IMG/VR virus record: IMGVR_UViG_3300031949_000030
Coordinates: 686-64,685 of that record
Length of the DNA stretch: 64,000 nt
Source of the DNA: a virus
Strand: one strand, 5' to 3'
This document shows positions 18,198 through 27,571 of this stretch, one piece after another (position 1 is the stretch's first letter; each line of letters starts with the position of its first letter). Under the pieces are notes generated by a model. The model had not been told where the DNA came from and did no database searches. It saw only the letters and a list, made by a program, of their open reading frames with translations. The position numbers were made by a program, and so were the translations under genes.

Positions 18198-19400
18198 TTA
18201 CTTAATAGTTAACTTGATCACGTCCTTATTATCGAGCAGTTTCTGAAACTTCTGCTTATTACCTGTGAAGAGACGCTTGACAAAGATGTACTTCAGATCG
18301 TGCTCTATCATATCTTCTTCAGTGATAAAGCGGATGAGTCTGCTTATGATATCACTGGTTATAGAGTTGTCCTCTGCATGCAACAGCGCAAAGTTAGCAG
18401 TCCTGGTTATAATAGTACTTGCAATATCAGCTCTGTATTTTCCTCCCTTCTTACCTACACATGACCTTATAGAGGCCATGATGTTGTCTTCGTTCTTACC
18501 AAGCAGGATTTCTGCAGGGGTAATAATTCTGTCCAGGCGGTTATTGATAAAGGCAGTAAACATAGAGCTTATATCCGGACCTACACTTCCCTCTCCCAAC
18601 ATCTGGATAAGAGGAAGCTCCGCATCAAAGTCCTTGATAGAACTGATGTTATTAAAGAAGGTCGTAATACTTCTCGGGTTCACTGCATGATTACCATCTT
18701 TACTCACGATTTCAGGATTCAGAAGTACGAAGTTTATACACCGTGTATCAATCTTCTCTCTGTCAGCCCACTCGGACCATACTTTCGCGTCGAACTTCAT
18801 ATTCACACTTGTAAACCTGCTCTTCTGGGCAGGATCGAGTTCATTCACCAGGTAGTTACCATCAGAGGGGTTACTGGTGAGGATAACAGTCCATCCCCTG
18901 GGAAGTTTCCAAGAGAGATACTCCTGTCTCTGTACAAGTTCCATGGTTGCCTGAATAAATCTTTCTGATGCACGGCTGTAATCATCTAACATAAGTATAC
19001 CCCCTCCTTCACGACCTTGTATCCACTCCGGGATAGCATATCCCATCCTTTTCTCACCTGTAGGCTTAAACTTCTGGTCGATATACTTTGGCACAGCTGA
19101 CTCAGGTATCCACCGTGTTTCTCCCACATCATTCTTCACTTCAAGCTCTTTATGGGGATATCCTACAAGATTCTCTACTTCCTCAAGCTGGCTCAGGTTT
19201 AGCTTCACACAGTGGAGGTTAAACTCCTCTGCCATCTGTATAATCACACTGGTCTTCCCAAGACCGGCAGGACCTACCACCTCCAGTGCACCCGCAGGTT
19301 TATTGTTCTCCTGAAGGAACTTATTGTTGTTTATCATATGCCTGATCACGTCCTTCAGCTCGGTAACGTTCAGGGCTACTACTGTTTTGGCTTTACTCAT
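18198..19400 (-). CDS. MoxR-like AAA+ ATPase (pair 1)
   Basis: Walker A 'VVGPAGLGKTSV'. Walker B 'GGILMLDDYSRA'. Sits immediately downstream of a VWA protein. Confidence 0.65.
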   Translation of the reverse strand: MSKAKTVVALNVTELKDVIRHMINNNKFLQENNKPAGALEVVGPAGLGKTSVIIQMAEEFNLHCVKLNLSQLEEVENLVGYPHKELEVKNDVGETRWIPESAVPKYIDQKFKPTGEKRMGYAIPEWIQGREGGGILMLDDYSRASERFIQATMELVQRQEYLSWKLPRGWTVILTSNPSDGNYLVNELDPAQKSRFTSVNMKFDAKVWSEWADREKIDTRCINFVLLNPEIVSKDGNHAVNPRSITTFFNNISSIKDFDAELPLIQMLGEGSVGPDISSMFTAFINNRLDRIITPAEILLGKNEDNIMASIRSCVGKKGGKYRADIASTIITRTANFALLHAEDNSITSDIISRLIRFITEEDMIEHDLKYIFVKRLFTGNKQKFQKLLDNKDVIKLTIK

Positions 19401-19411
19401 CGTACTACTTA

Positions 19412-20647
19412 TTAGTTAAGTTTGATCTTATGACCTATAAGGTCTTCATTAATTGTGCTCTTGGTACTATGTACCCAAAGAGTTCTCAGTCTACAGGGTT
19501 CTGGAGCAGGGGCACATCCATCAGTCAGGTAGATAAGGCAGGTGTATTTCTTGGAGTGCTCGTTAGCGTAATCAATCACAGGATCAAATGCAGTTCCTCC
19601 ACGACCTTTCACCTTGATCTCCTGGTTCCTCTTGTATCTCTCCACACTACTTATAGCAGCATCGCACTGTATCACCGTTACATCTGACCCTGTTCTGTGG
19701 ATATGGTCTATTTCCTGGAAGAACTCCACGAGCTCCTCCTGGGATACTGACCCGCTGGTATCAACTGCTACCAGTACATGATTCTTGGATTTCACTCTCA
19801 GCCCGGGGGCATCATCGAACTTTTTGTTGAGCTTAGTCCGGACTTTCTTAGTATAGGTCCTGATAGACCCTCCGGCAAATCTCCTAAGGTAACCCTTCCA
19901 GTCAAACTTAGGTGGCTCATACTTGTTGAGGTTCTTAAGGTATTCAGCTAATTCCGATGGAATAGTTCCCCTGCTCTTCTCTACCTGTTCAGCTACCTCT
20001 GACATGAGGTGATCTATGTGACTCTTCAGGAGCTTCTTCTCAGCTTCTCCCAGCTTGTTGATAGCCTCCCACATGGAATGATCCGGCACACCTACCCCCT
20101 CCCCATTCTCGCCTTTGACTATGATGACCACAGGATTCCCGTCTTTGTCTTTCCCTTCACCATTCTTTATGGCATCAAGAATAGCACTCAGGGTCTTGGA
20201 AGCATTCTTCTGTGCAGCATCGTTAAGCTTATCATAGTAGTACTGTGTACCTTTATGAGGCTCTAGTTTAAGTGTAGGAAAACTAGAGGGCAGTATCGGG
20301 TTAGGAGGGAGATCGTTAATATCAATCAGCTGGTTAATCTCACAGTCCATAGCCAGATTAGCTACCTGGTGATTCTCCAGATGTCTCCAGTCAGTTACGT
20401 GAAAGAAGCACATGTGCATTAATTCGTGAGTGATTAAACCTTTGTGTTGGCGGTCACTAAGTTTTGCCCAGTACTCTTCATTAAGACCCAGTTCATACTG
20501 TATACCTCTTTGATACACTCCTGCGGTGGGGAGGTCTTTCCGCCACCGTTTATTAAGCATACAGGAGAAGAGACCATAGAAAGGCTGCTCCAGTAACAGA
20601 TCTTTGCAGGCTCTCGCCAGGCTCTCGTCTTTATCCATTGTTAGCAT
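19412..20647 (-). CDS. VWA-domain protein with N-terminal HExxH metallopeptidase-like motif (DUF2201-like; pair 1)
   Basis: 'THELMHMCFFH' (HExxH). MIDAS motif 'VAVDTSGSVSQEEL' (DxSxS). Confidence 0.6.
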   Translation of the reverse strand: MLTMDKDESLARACKDLLLEQPFYGLFSCMLNKRWRKDLPTAGVYQRGIQYELGLNEEYWAKLSDRQHKGLITHELMHMCFFHVTDWRHLENHQVANLAMDCEINQLIDINDLPPNPILPSSFPTLKLEPHKGTQYYYDKLNDAAQKNASKTLSAILDAIKNGEGKDKDGNPVVIIVKGENGEGVGVPDHSMWEAINKLGEAEKKLLKSHIDHLMSEVAEQVEKSRGTIPSELAEYLKNLNKYEPPKFDWKGYLRRFAGGSIRTYTKKVRTKLNKKFDDAPGLRVKSKNHVLVAVDTSGSVSQEELVEFFQEIDHIHRTGSDVTVIQCDAAISSVERYKRNQEIKVKGRGGTAFDPVIDYANEHSKKYTCLIYLTDGCAPAPEPCRLRTLWVHSTKSTINEDLIGHKIKLN

Positions 20648-21107
20648 CTTTAAAGGTTACTTTCATCTGTAGTCTCTTTACAAACTCATAACCACCCATA
20701 TCTGCGATATGTGTGAGCAGGAAGTTTCCAAAGTGATCCAGGATAGGCTGTGTATCCTCCTCAGAAATACCTGCCTTAGGTAAAACTGACTGGAAGAGGG
20801 TATTAAGAGTCAGGGGAGCATTCATAGCCACTCCCAGGCTCTTGAGCTTCTTGGAAACCTTCGGGGCTTCCTTCTCCCATACTTCTCCTGCCAGTACTGA
20901 ATTCATCCTCAGCAGGAGGATATGAACGATAGATTGATCATGACTACTGTTTTCGATGCAGGTAAGACCTATAGAGCAGTCTCCCTGATCACTTGAATCC
21001 AGCATCTTCAGGATACGCTCGTAGTCTTCACGGCCTATCACTGCTTTTTCTGAGGTTACTGTGTCCTTCTTCATTGTTCTTGGATTTTTAAGGTTCGGCG
21101 TGCCCAT
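20631..21107 (-). CDS. Hypothetical protein (158 aa)
   Basis: ORF. Confidence 0.35.
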   Translation of the reverse strand: MGTPNLKNPRTMKKDTVTSEKAVIGREDYERILKMLDSSDQGDCSIGLTCIENSSHDQSIVHILLLRMNSVLAGEVWEKEAPKVSKKLKSLGVAMNAPLTLNTLFQSVLPKAGISEEDTQPILDHFGNFLLTHIADMGGYEFVKRLQMKVTFKDANNG

Positions 21108-21421
21108 ACAGGCACTTTTTTACCGGTTATAGCTTTGACCCACTCTTTTGCGGTAGGGATCTTACCGTTACAGTCTTCGCGAATATGCTGTTCACATATA
21201 TAGCGGGTATATACCCTTCTTCCATCTGAGTTGATGATGAATGGTCCGAATACTTTCTCACACTCGAAGATACCTTCTGAGTGATGCCGGAATATCCGGT
21301 GAATGCTGTGAGGTATCCAGGCCTTTGTCTCATCGAGCCAGTTGTTCAGGGGTAAGTAATCTTCTTCTTTTCCTCCCCACCGTTTCACACAGGTGCGGGA
21401 GTGTTCATAGGGATGAGCCAT
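21071..21421 (-). CDS. Hypothetical protein (116 aa), Cys/His-containing
   Basis: ORF. Its 5' end overlaps the 3' end of the upstream gene, so the true start may be internal. Confidence 0.35.
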   Translation of the reverse strand: MAHPYEHSRTCVKRWGGKEEDYLPLNNWLDETKAWIPHSIHRIFRHHSEGIFECEKVFGPFIINSDGRRVYTRYICEQHIREDCNGKIPTAKEWVKAITGKKVPVWARRTLKIQEQ

Positions 21422-21864
21422 TATGTCCCCTCTTCTTCTATCTCAGTATGGAGAAACTGACCTTCATGATTTGAGGAGTCAAAGGAGACTACCCTTATAT
21501 GATTACTGATAGTATAGTTTCCACTTGGGACCTCTATGTTCATCTCACCCTGTCCTCCTTCATCATTCCACCAGTCTTCTATAGAGCCTCCTGAGATTAT
21601 GGTATCTATCTGATTTCTCACAAAGTCATTAATCTTACCATCCACCTCTACAGAGGTTCTATCAACCTCTTTCCTACCGAGTTTACGTACCATATAGTAA
21701 TCTATATCATCTATATCCCCCGAGTCTCCGCTTCCAGAATAAGTACAGGCAATCTCAGAGACCTTAAGTTCTTTAAGATAAAGCATGACGGGTAACCATT
21801 GGTTGTAGTTGACTACTTCTTGCTTAGGTTTCTTCTTCTCGGTCCTGGTCTTCTTTTTACTCAT
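21421..21864 (-). CDS. Hypothetical protein (147 aa)
   Basis: ORF with a Lys-rich N-terminus. Confidence 0.4.
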   Translation of the reverse strand: MSKKKTRTEKKKPKQEVVNYNQWLPVMLYLKELKVSEIACTYSGSGDSGDIDDIDYYMVRKLGRKEVDRTSVEVDGKINDFVRNQIDTIISGGSIEDWWNDEGGQGEMNIEVPSGNYTISNHIRVVSFDSSNHEGQFLHTEIEEEGT

Positions 21865-22346
21865 AACTTTCTCCTTCCGTACTCGGCCATAAGTAGCGCG
21901 TCTACTATTCCATCATGAGGTTTAGTACTCTTGCCTATCTTTAGATTGACTCCCGGGAAGAGATTAGAGGCAGCTATAGCAGCTCGGGCTTTAGTATCAC
22001 TCTTAGGATTAGTCCCCAGGAGCATTTCCTTCTGCCATGTCTTGGGAGGTACTTTCACAAAGGGGAGTCCCATAGCTATACACATCATCTCCACAGCACC
22101 TGCCTGATGACCCATAGAAAATGCTGTAGCCTTGGAAGTTCCAAATATAGACTGTAGCTTCTCAAATATCACCAGAAACTCACCACCTATTCTGGTAGTG
22201 TTATAGACCATAAGACTTTGTAGTGTCCTGTAGTCAAGGTCTGTACCTATAAGAGGCATAGGCCATATGAGAGGAGAAGGCTTGAGAATAACTATTCCCC
22301 CCTTCTTCCCTATGTCGATTCCTATATAAGTCTTGTCTTTACTCAT
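21861..22346 (-). CDS. RuvC/YqgF-like Holliday junction resolvase (RNase H fold)
   Basis: N-terminal 'KTYIGIDIGKKGGIVIL' resembles the RuvC-like 'GIDPG' first catalytic-Asp strand. The size of 161 aa fits. Confidence 0.45.
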   Translation of the reverse strand: MSKDKTYIGIDIGKKGGIVILKPSPLIWPMPLIGTDLDYRTLQSLMVYNTTRIGGEFLVIFEKLQSIFGTSKATAFSMGHQAGAVEMMCIAMGLPFVKVPPKTWQKEMLLGTNPKSDTKARAAIAASNLFPGVNLKIGKSTKPHDGIVDALLMAEYGRRKL

Positions 22347-23386
22347 GGTTTTAGTATAGGTAACATTAATTTATACAGCTCTCTCTTGACCGGGAGTATC
22401 TGGTGATCTTTCACCGAGTCTGCTATGTCCTTAGACATCTGCAGGTGTACATAGGGCAGCCCGTAGGCTTTCTCGTAAGAAATCATGGCATCCACACCCT
22501 GCTTGTCATTATCAAATATAGTAAAGACCTTCCGGTACTTCTTACTATACAAAGCTATAACGGGAGCAGATATCATTACATTCTCACTGTCGGGAGCCAC
22601 AAACTCTATACTCTTAAACTTCATAGAGCTAAAGGACATAATATCCTTCAGAGAAGAGCAGATAGCTAGATAAGGTTTCTTACCTGTAAGCTGATCTGTA
22701 CCCTGAATATAATCCCGGACTTTCAGAAACTTCTTCGTGGCAGACTTAGGCTGGTATATCTTATACAGACTCCCATCTTTACGGAAGTAGCCATAGATGT
22801 AAGGTCTGTTACATCGCATCTCTTTACCGGAAGAACCCTGCTTCATAACAAACTCCCGAAGTGGAGCTACTCTGTAAAAGTTAAGCATAGAAGATCCTAT
22901 ACCATAAGAAGTCCAGTAATCCACATCCAACTTGATCCACTCTCTCTTGATAAAGGAGGTAACCTTGTAAGACTCATCAACAGACATGTCAGATACAGTG
23001 TACTTACCTCCCTTACTAAGAAAGTTTCTATAGTCCGCATTCACTCTTCTGATAAGGTAGTCTTCTGATGCTCCTCCCTCTTTATACATTAGATAAGCCA
23101 TGAGATCTATATGGTCACCACCTATGCCCGAGGAGAAGTCGTTAAAAAGATATCTACTATTCTCACGTGAGTAATATACAGAGCAGGAAGCTCTCTTTTC
23201 GTCAGGCTTCCGGGGACTCTTTATCATCACCCTTTGTCCGGTGAGCTTCTTCTTCAATTTCAGGTAGAACTCAAATATCCATTCTACCGGAGCTTCAAGG
23301 ATATATACTGACTTAGTGCTGATCCTAACAGGAGGAGACAACAAAGGGGAGATATTACTCTCCCCTCCCGTCTCTACTTCTGTCAT
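22343..23386 (-). CDS. DnaG-like DNA primase with Toprim domain and degenerate zinc-binding region
   Basis: 'KVFTIFDNDKQGVDAM' is a Toprim DxD-type motif. 'DEKRASCSVYY...FNDFSSGIGGDHIDLM' mirrors the DnaG zinc-ribbon block 'EKTPSFSV...CFGCGAGGNAIDF' but lacks the Cys pairs. The listed ORF start (23578) overlaps the upstream gene. The internal start 'MTEVETGG' at 23386 abuts the SSB stop at 23391. Confidence 0.5.
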   Translation of the reverse strand: MTEVETGGESNISPLLSPPVRISTKSVYILEAPVEWIFEFYLKLKKKLTGQRVMIKSPRKPDEKRASCSVYYSRENSRYLFNDFSSGIGGDHIDLMAYLMYKEGGASEDYLIRRVNADYRNFLSKGGKYTVSDMSVDESYKVTSFIKREWIKLDVDYWTSYGIGSSMLNFYRVAPLREFVMKQGSSGKEMRCNRPYIYGYFRKDGSLYKIYQPKSATKKFLKVRDYIQGTDQLTGKKPYLAICSSLKDIMSFSSMKFKSIEFVAPDSENVMISAPVIALYSKKYRKVFTIFDNDKQGVDAMISYEKAYGLPYVHLQMSKDIADSVKDHQILPVKRELYKLMLPILKP

Positions 23387-23390
23387 ATAA

Positions 23391-24071
23391 TCAGAGTTTA
23401 AAATCATCATCTGAATCAACAGGAGGTGTAGTATCTCCTGGTTCGAATGAAGGGACTGCTTTAGACTCTTTACGCTCCAGATGCTGCGACTCCACATATT
23501 TGATAAGCTGACTAGGTTTAGCCTCAGGAGTTTCCAGAGGAACCTTAGTCCCTGAGAATCGTGGGAGATAAAGGTCATGCTTTGTATAACCTCCCTTACC
23601 TTGATACTCTACAGCAGCAAGGCACCAATTAAGGAACTTGTCCTTAAAAGGTTTCTCATCATTAAGAGCCTTGACAAAAGCCTCGATAGTCTCGTGCTTA
23701 TTATCTTGAGCATCACACCACTCCATCCATCCTCCCTGAGCACACAGGTTCTTTATGAACCGAACTATGCTTACGTCTCTGTGAATGACAGTTCCCCCTT
23801 TTGTCTTGCCATCAGAGAAGGGCCACTTATCTGCCTTTACTCTTCCTATCTGTCCCTGGTAGCTTCCCAGAGCTTCATTATCCTTCTCGATCATGAAGCC
23901 TTTGAAATCGCCTCCCATATCGGGACCTTCCAGATGCATTACCAGATGGTAGGCACCCTCTTTATAGGGAACTGTTGTCAGTTCCACACTGTAGATCTTA
24001 GCTTTCGCATTACCGGGCTGGAGTGTCTTTGGAACATCTCCGCCTATCTTTACATCCTTAGTACTTAACAT
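23391..24071 (-). CDS. ssb: Single-stranded DNA-binding protein-like (acidic C-terminal tail)
   Basis: The C-terminus 'PPVDSDDDFKL' resembles the SSB acidic tip (DDDIPF). The gene sits between primase and the recombinase ATPase. Confidence 0.4.
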   Translation of the reverse strand: MLSTKDVKIGGDVPKTLQPGNAKAKIYSVELTTVPYKEGAYHLVMHLEGPDMGGDFKGFMIEKDNEALGSYQGQIGRVKADKWPFSDGKTKGGTVIHRDVSIVRFIKNLCAQGGWMEWCDAQDNKHETIEAFVKALNDEKPFKDKFLNWCLAAVEYQGKGGYTKHDLYLPRFSGTKVPLETPEAKPSQLIKYVESQHLERKESKAVPSFEPGDTTPPVDSDDDFKL

Positions 24072-24100
24072 GTGTCTTCAAGTGTTAAAAGTTAAACTTA

Positions 24101-24874
24101 CTAGTCAATATATATCCGCTCCCAGAAGGTGGTGAGTTTTCCATCCTCTCCTGCCTCAGAGACTACTATTTCTTTATTCTTGAGATGCTCAGGCCTTGCA
24201 CCACACGTCACTTCGTCGTTGGTTTTAAAGCTGAGCACATTTTGATTACCCTTACGGTAGAGGTAGCCTATTGCATCCACCTGTGAAGTTATGATACTTT
24301 TGAGTTTACCGGTGAGATCAAGATCAAACGTGTTGAACTCTGACCCACCTTTCTGCAGTAGTATCTCTTTGATATGGCCTAAGAGTATAATTCTCGGAGC
24401 TAAAGTCTTGACAAAGTCTATTACCTTAGTTACAGCTTCTCTGTGCCACTTATATCCTGCTCCATCGGGCATATTCAGTATGTTTCCATACTTAGCCTTT
24501 CCACTCTCGGGATGCAGTTTGTCTCCTTCCTTGCGGAACCAGTGCTTTCCCATTATACTTCTCGCGTATAGCGTCTCAGCATAGGGAATACATATCTTCT
24601 CGAGCGCAGACATAGTATCCAGCGCGATATACTTATAAGGATTTCCGGCAGCTTTAATAGCCTCTCCTACCTTCTTTAATTCATCTACTGAACCAGCACT
24701 TATCTTTAGTGCTTCCAGGAACCCGGCACCATCCTCAAGATCTATGAGGAGGCATGAATCCAGACCTGCTGCAAGTGAGCTTTTACCCACCTTAGGTTTG
24801 GAGAATATGATTAGTGTTCTGGGGCTGAGTGATACCGGCCCTACTTTTTCTGTTGGTAGTGTGATCTCTGGCAT
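24101..24874 (-). CDS. RecA-like/Sak4-like ATPase (PF13479-type AAA)
   Basis: Walker A 'IIFSKPKVGKSSLA'. Walker B-like 'CLLIDLEDG'. Size (257 aa) and context fit phage Sak4-like annealing ATPases. Confidence 0.5.
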   Translation of the reverse strand: MPEITLPTEKVGPVSLSPRTLIIFSKPKVGKSSLAAGLDSCLLIDLEDGAGFLEALKISAGSVDELKKVGEAIKAAGNPYKYIALDTMSALEKICIPYAETLYARSIMGKHWFRKEGDKLHPESGKAKYGNILNMPDGAGYKWHREAVTKVIDFVKTLAPRIILLGHIKEILLQKGGSEFNTFDLDLTGKLKSIITSQVDAIGYLYRKGNQNVLSFKTNDEVTCGARPEHLKNKEIVVSEAGEDGKLTTFWERIYID

Positions 24875-25551
24875 CAGAGTTCTTCCTCTATGAGTTTATT
24901 TACCCACTCCTTAGTGGAGACAGGTCTGCGATGTAAAAGTGCAGCAAAATCCCTTACGGTAAGCTCAGAGATATTAACATCCAGACGCTCACTACTCTTT
25001 ACCTCAACTTCAGAAGAAGGCTTGTCGGTTGCATCATACTTCTGAAGATCCGTAACAGGTACAAGAAATCTGCTTCTTACATCTGGCTTACCTTCATCAG
25101 CAGAATGCCTCTCATACCTGAGTGCATAGTCAGAGTGATAAGGAACTTTATAGAGAACTCTGTTGATAGATTCAGTAACAAGAGGTTTGTGCAGGTCGTC
25201 TGTGAGTTCTACATAAAAGTTCTTGCGTTCTAACTCATTGCCGTAGGGGCTTATATACTTAGGTCCTTCAGGATACCCCTTTTTGGCATGCCTAAACTTC
25301 GGAACTACATAAGCTCCGGTTATACCATCAGCTGAGAGCTTCTTATTATTAAAAGCTTTAACCTCGCTGGTGTTTATTTCTTTCTGTCTTTTCACGTCTG
25401 TAACTTCTGTCATATGTATGTGTAGTTTTGGTGTTACTTGATACTCTTTATAGCCATACTGTAGAGCTGACTCAGCCCGATAACTATAATCTCTATGATG
25501 AGATACTCCCCTAGTCCTATTTCGATAACTAACGAGTTCACAGTTAACCAT
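24874..25551 (-). CDS. Hypothetical protein (225 aa)
   Basis: ORF. Start and stop overlap its neighbours. Confidence 0.4.
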   Translation of the reverse strand: MVNCELVSYRNRTRGVSHHRDYSYRAESALQYGYKEYQVTPKLHIHMTEVTDVKRQKEINTSEVKAFNNKKLSADGITGAYVVPKFRHAKKGYPEGPKYISPYGNELERKNFYVELTDDLHKPLVTESINRVLYKVPYHSDYALRYERHSADEGKPDVRSRFLVPVTDLQKYDATDKPSSEVEVKSSERLDVNISELTVRDFAALLHRRPVSTKEWVNKLIEEEL

Positions 25552-25600
25552 GAGGCTACAGTTCCTCCTGCTGCTAAGAGCAGGGATATAGATATCTTCT

Positions 25601-26200
25601 TCATGAGTTCTTCCTTGTTCTTTTTGTCCTTGTCATCTTTCTGCTTTCTATAGATATCAGAGCCTCTCTACGAAGTGTAGGTAGAGAAGTGTATATAGCT
25701 TCATCCTCCTCATACTTACTATATGCAGCGGGGGTGCGGCTGTAGCCCAGTTGTTTAAGACCTATTCTTACCCTTCGGTAGAGATCTGTAATCCTGAGGT
25801 CTCTGACGTCTAAAAGAGATTTGATAGCCTTAGCACTATGTACAGCAGTGGAGTGATCAAAGTCTATAAAATCACCTATGTCACACCACTTATACCGGGC
25901 ATCTCTGGCTACTATAAAATACATCTGTCTGCAGGTCTTAATGTGAGACTCTCTGCTCTTGTCACGAATGCTGGCATCTGAATCCACTTCCCTAAGTATG
26001 TTATTACACACAAACTCGATATCCCCTAGGGTGAAGTACTCTCTGACACTCGCAATATCTGCATCCAGAGTGTAGGTTACCTTGACAGTTCCCTTAAGCT
26101 TGTGTTTAAACTCCCTGGAGAATCTATATATGAGACCACGGGCTATTCCGTGTGCCTCTCCTTCAACTTTTTTACCTTCTTGTTCATTGTCTTCTGGCAT
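25601..26200 (-). CDS. DnaA domain-IV-like (HTH) DNA-binding protein, candidate replication initiator
   Basis: 'YKWCDIGDFIDFDHSTAVHSAKAIKSL' resembles the DnaA C-terminal 'LPxIGxxFGGRDHTTVxHAxxKI'. Confidence 0.4.
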   Translation of the reverse strand: MPEDNEQEGKKVEGEAHGIARGLIYRFSREFKHKLKGTVKVTYTLDADIASVREYFTLGDIEFVCNNILREVDSDASIRDKSRESHIKTCRQMYFIVARDARYKWCDIGDFIDFDHSTAVHSAKAIKSLLDVRDLRITDLYRRVRIGLKQLGYSRTPAAYSKYEEDEAIYTSLPTLRREALISIESRKMTRTKRTRKNS

Positions 26201-26268
26201 AATTCATGTACTTTAGCTCCGGATATCCCGGGCTTAAACTAACAACTAACCTCATAATAAGTTCTCAT

Positions 26269-26556
26269 ATGAAGAAGCGCATTAATGACTTTCTTGCAGC
26301 CTTAGATAATAAGACAGGCGGAATGAGTCTCAGAAAGCTGCTTGCGGTAGGTCTTTTCTGGGTAGTTGCCGTTGAGACTGCACAAAATACTACTACTGAG
26401 AATCTCCCCGAGGTACTTATGATAGAGGTCCCTGGTATCCTTACCCTTGCAGGTATATACAGTTACTTTAACTATAAGGAGAAGAAGCTGAATGTAGAGA
26501 ATAACAACACTAACCAACCAACCCCACCTATAGATGAAGCTTCCCAGTCTACTTAA
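26269..26556 (+). CDS. Small membrane protein, holin-like (2 predicted TM)
   Basis: 'LRKLLAVGLFWVVAVETA' and 'VPGILTLAGIYSYF' are hydrophobic segments. It is a + strand island inside the minus-strand block. Start chosen at MKKRINDF within the listed ORF. Confidence 0.35.
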   Translation: MKKRINDFLAALDNKTGGMSLRKLLAVGLFWVVAVETAQNTTTENLPEVLMIEVPGILTLAGIYSYFNYKEKKLNVENNNTNQPTPPIDEASQST

Positions 26557-27313
26557 GCAACCCCTCTCCAGAGAGTTTATACTTCTTGCAGCACTCACGG
26601 GAGCCTGCATACTCTGGTTCAGATCCTGTAATGGCAACCAGGAACTCCTTCATGCCGCTAAGAGACAGCAACTCATCTATGAGCAAAACCGAAGGGCTCT
26701 GACCGACTCTCTCAGAAATGAGAAGAACAAAGCCGGAGACATTGAGTCTGTAAAGTCGGCTTTTGTAAGTAAAGTACAGGACCTCGAGAAGCTCAACAAA
26801 GACCTCTATGACGAGGTAAAACGTGAGATGGGAAATGTCAAGTCTCTCATCAAGGCTCAGGCTACTATAGATCGTGGAGGACTCACACTCTCTAATGAGC
26901 TTGTGAGATACCCCGATAATGTTACCTATGGTCTCAAGTTTAAAGATACCTACGTGGACAGCTCTATGTTCTGGTCTGTCTCAGGAGAGAGTAAGTTTAA
27001 GCTTGAGAATAATATTATCTATCCAGGGAAGACTGATATCACAGAGAACCGTATCAGAGTCGGGCTCGTTATGGGATTCACCGAGACTGATAACACCTAT
27101 ACCGTCTTTGCCAGATCCTCTTCTCCCTTGGTGAAGTTTAACGAGCTGGACGGTGTTTTGCTCATACCCAAAAGGCAGGATATCACAATGCCCCCGTGTC
27201 CCCGCAAGAAGCGCTTTGGTCTGGGTCCCAGTCTCGGCTATGGCTTCACACAGGATCTTAGACTCTCCCCTTATGTAGGATTCTCACTTAGCTATAACCT
27301 GATACAGTTCTAG
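26534..27313 (+). CDS. Membrane-anchored protein with coiled-coil region (possible spanin-like or lysis accessory)
   Basis: N-terminal 'FILLAALTGACILWF' is an anchor. A Lys/Glu-rich helical region follows. It overlaps the upstream gene by 23 nt. Confidence 0.35.
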   Translation: MKLPSLLKQPLSREFILLAALTGACILWFRSCNGNQELLHAAKRQQLIYEQNRRALTDSLRNEKNKAGDIESVKSAFVSKVQDLEKLNKDLYDEVKREMGNVKSLIKAQATIDRGGLTLSNELVRYPDNVTYGLKFKDTYVDSSMFWSVSGESKFKLENNIIYPGKTDITENRIRVGLVMGFTETDNTYTVFARSSSPLVKFNELDGVLLIPKRQDITMPPCPRKKRFGLGPSLGYGFTQDLRLSPYVGFSLSYNLIQF

Positions 27314-27571
27314 CTAGCCGGTATACTTCTGCTTTACTTCCTGAAATACTACAGGCTGCTCTATTGACCCGAAACGCTCTATGAGACTCACAGCCTCCTT
27401 CACAGGGAACTTAGCTCCCCAGTCCAGGATAATCCGCAGAGTATCTATCATCTCACTGTTACCCTCTCCGTGTCCTATATAAGCCTTAGGTCGTCCCTCA
27501 GTGGTAACCATAAGCACTATTCCTACAGTCTTTGTGGAAGTGAACCACACTACTCCTAATACTTTACTCAT
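27314..27571 (-). CDS. Hypothetical protein (85 aa)
   Basis: ORF. Confidence 0.35.
   Translation of the reverse strand: MSKVLGVVWFTSTKTVGIVLMVTTEGRPKAYIGHGEGNSEMIDTLRIILDWGAKFPVKEAVSLIERFGSIEQPVVFQEVKQKYTG

Noticed and set aside
23387-23578. 5' extension of the primase ORF (first 64 codons)
   Set aside because: It overlaps the SSB-like gene and has a Leu/Ser-rich low-complexity sequence. The internal Met at 23386 gives a non-overlapping start.
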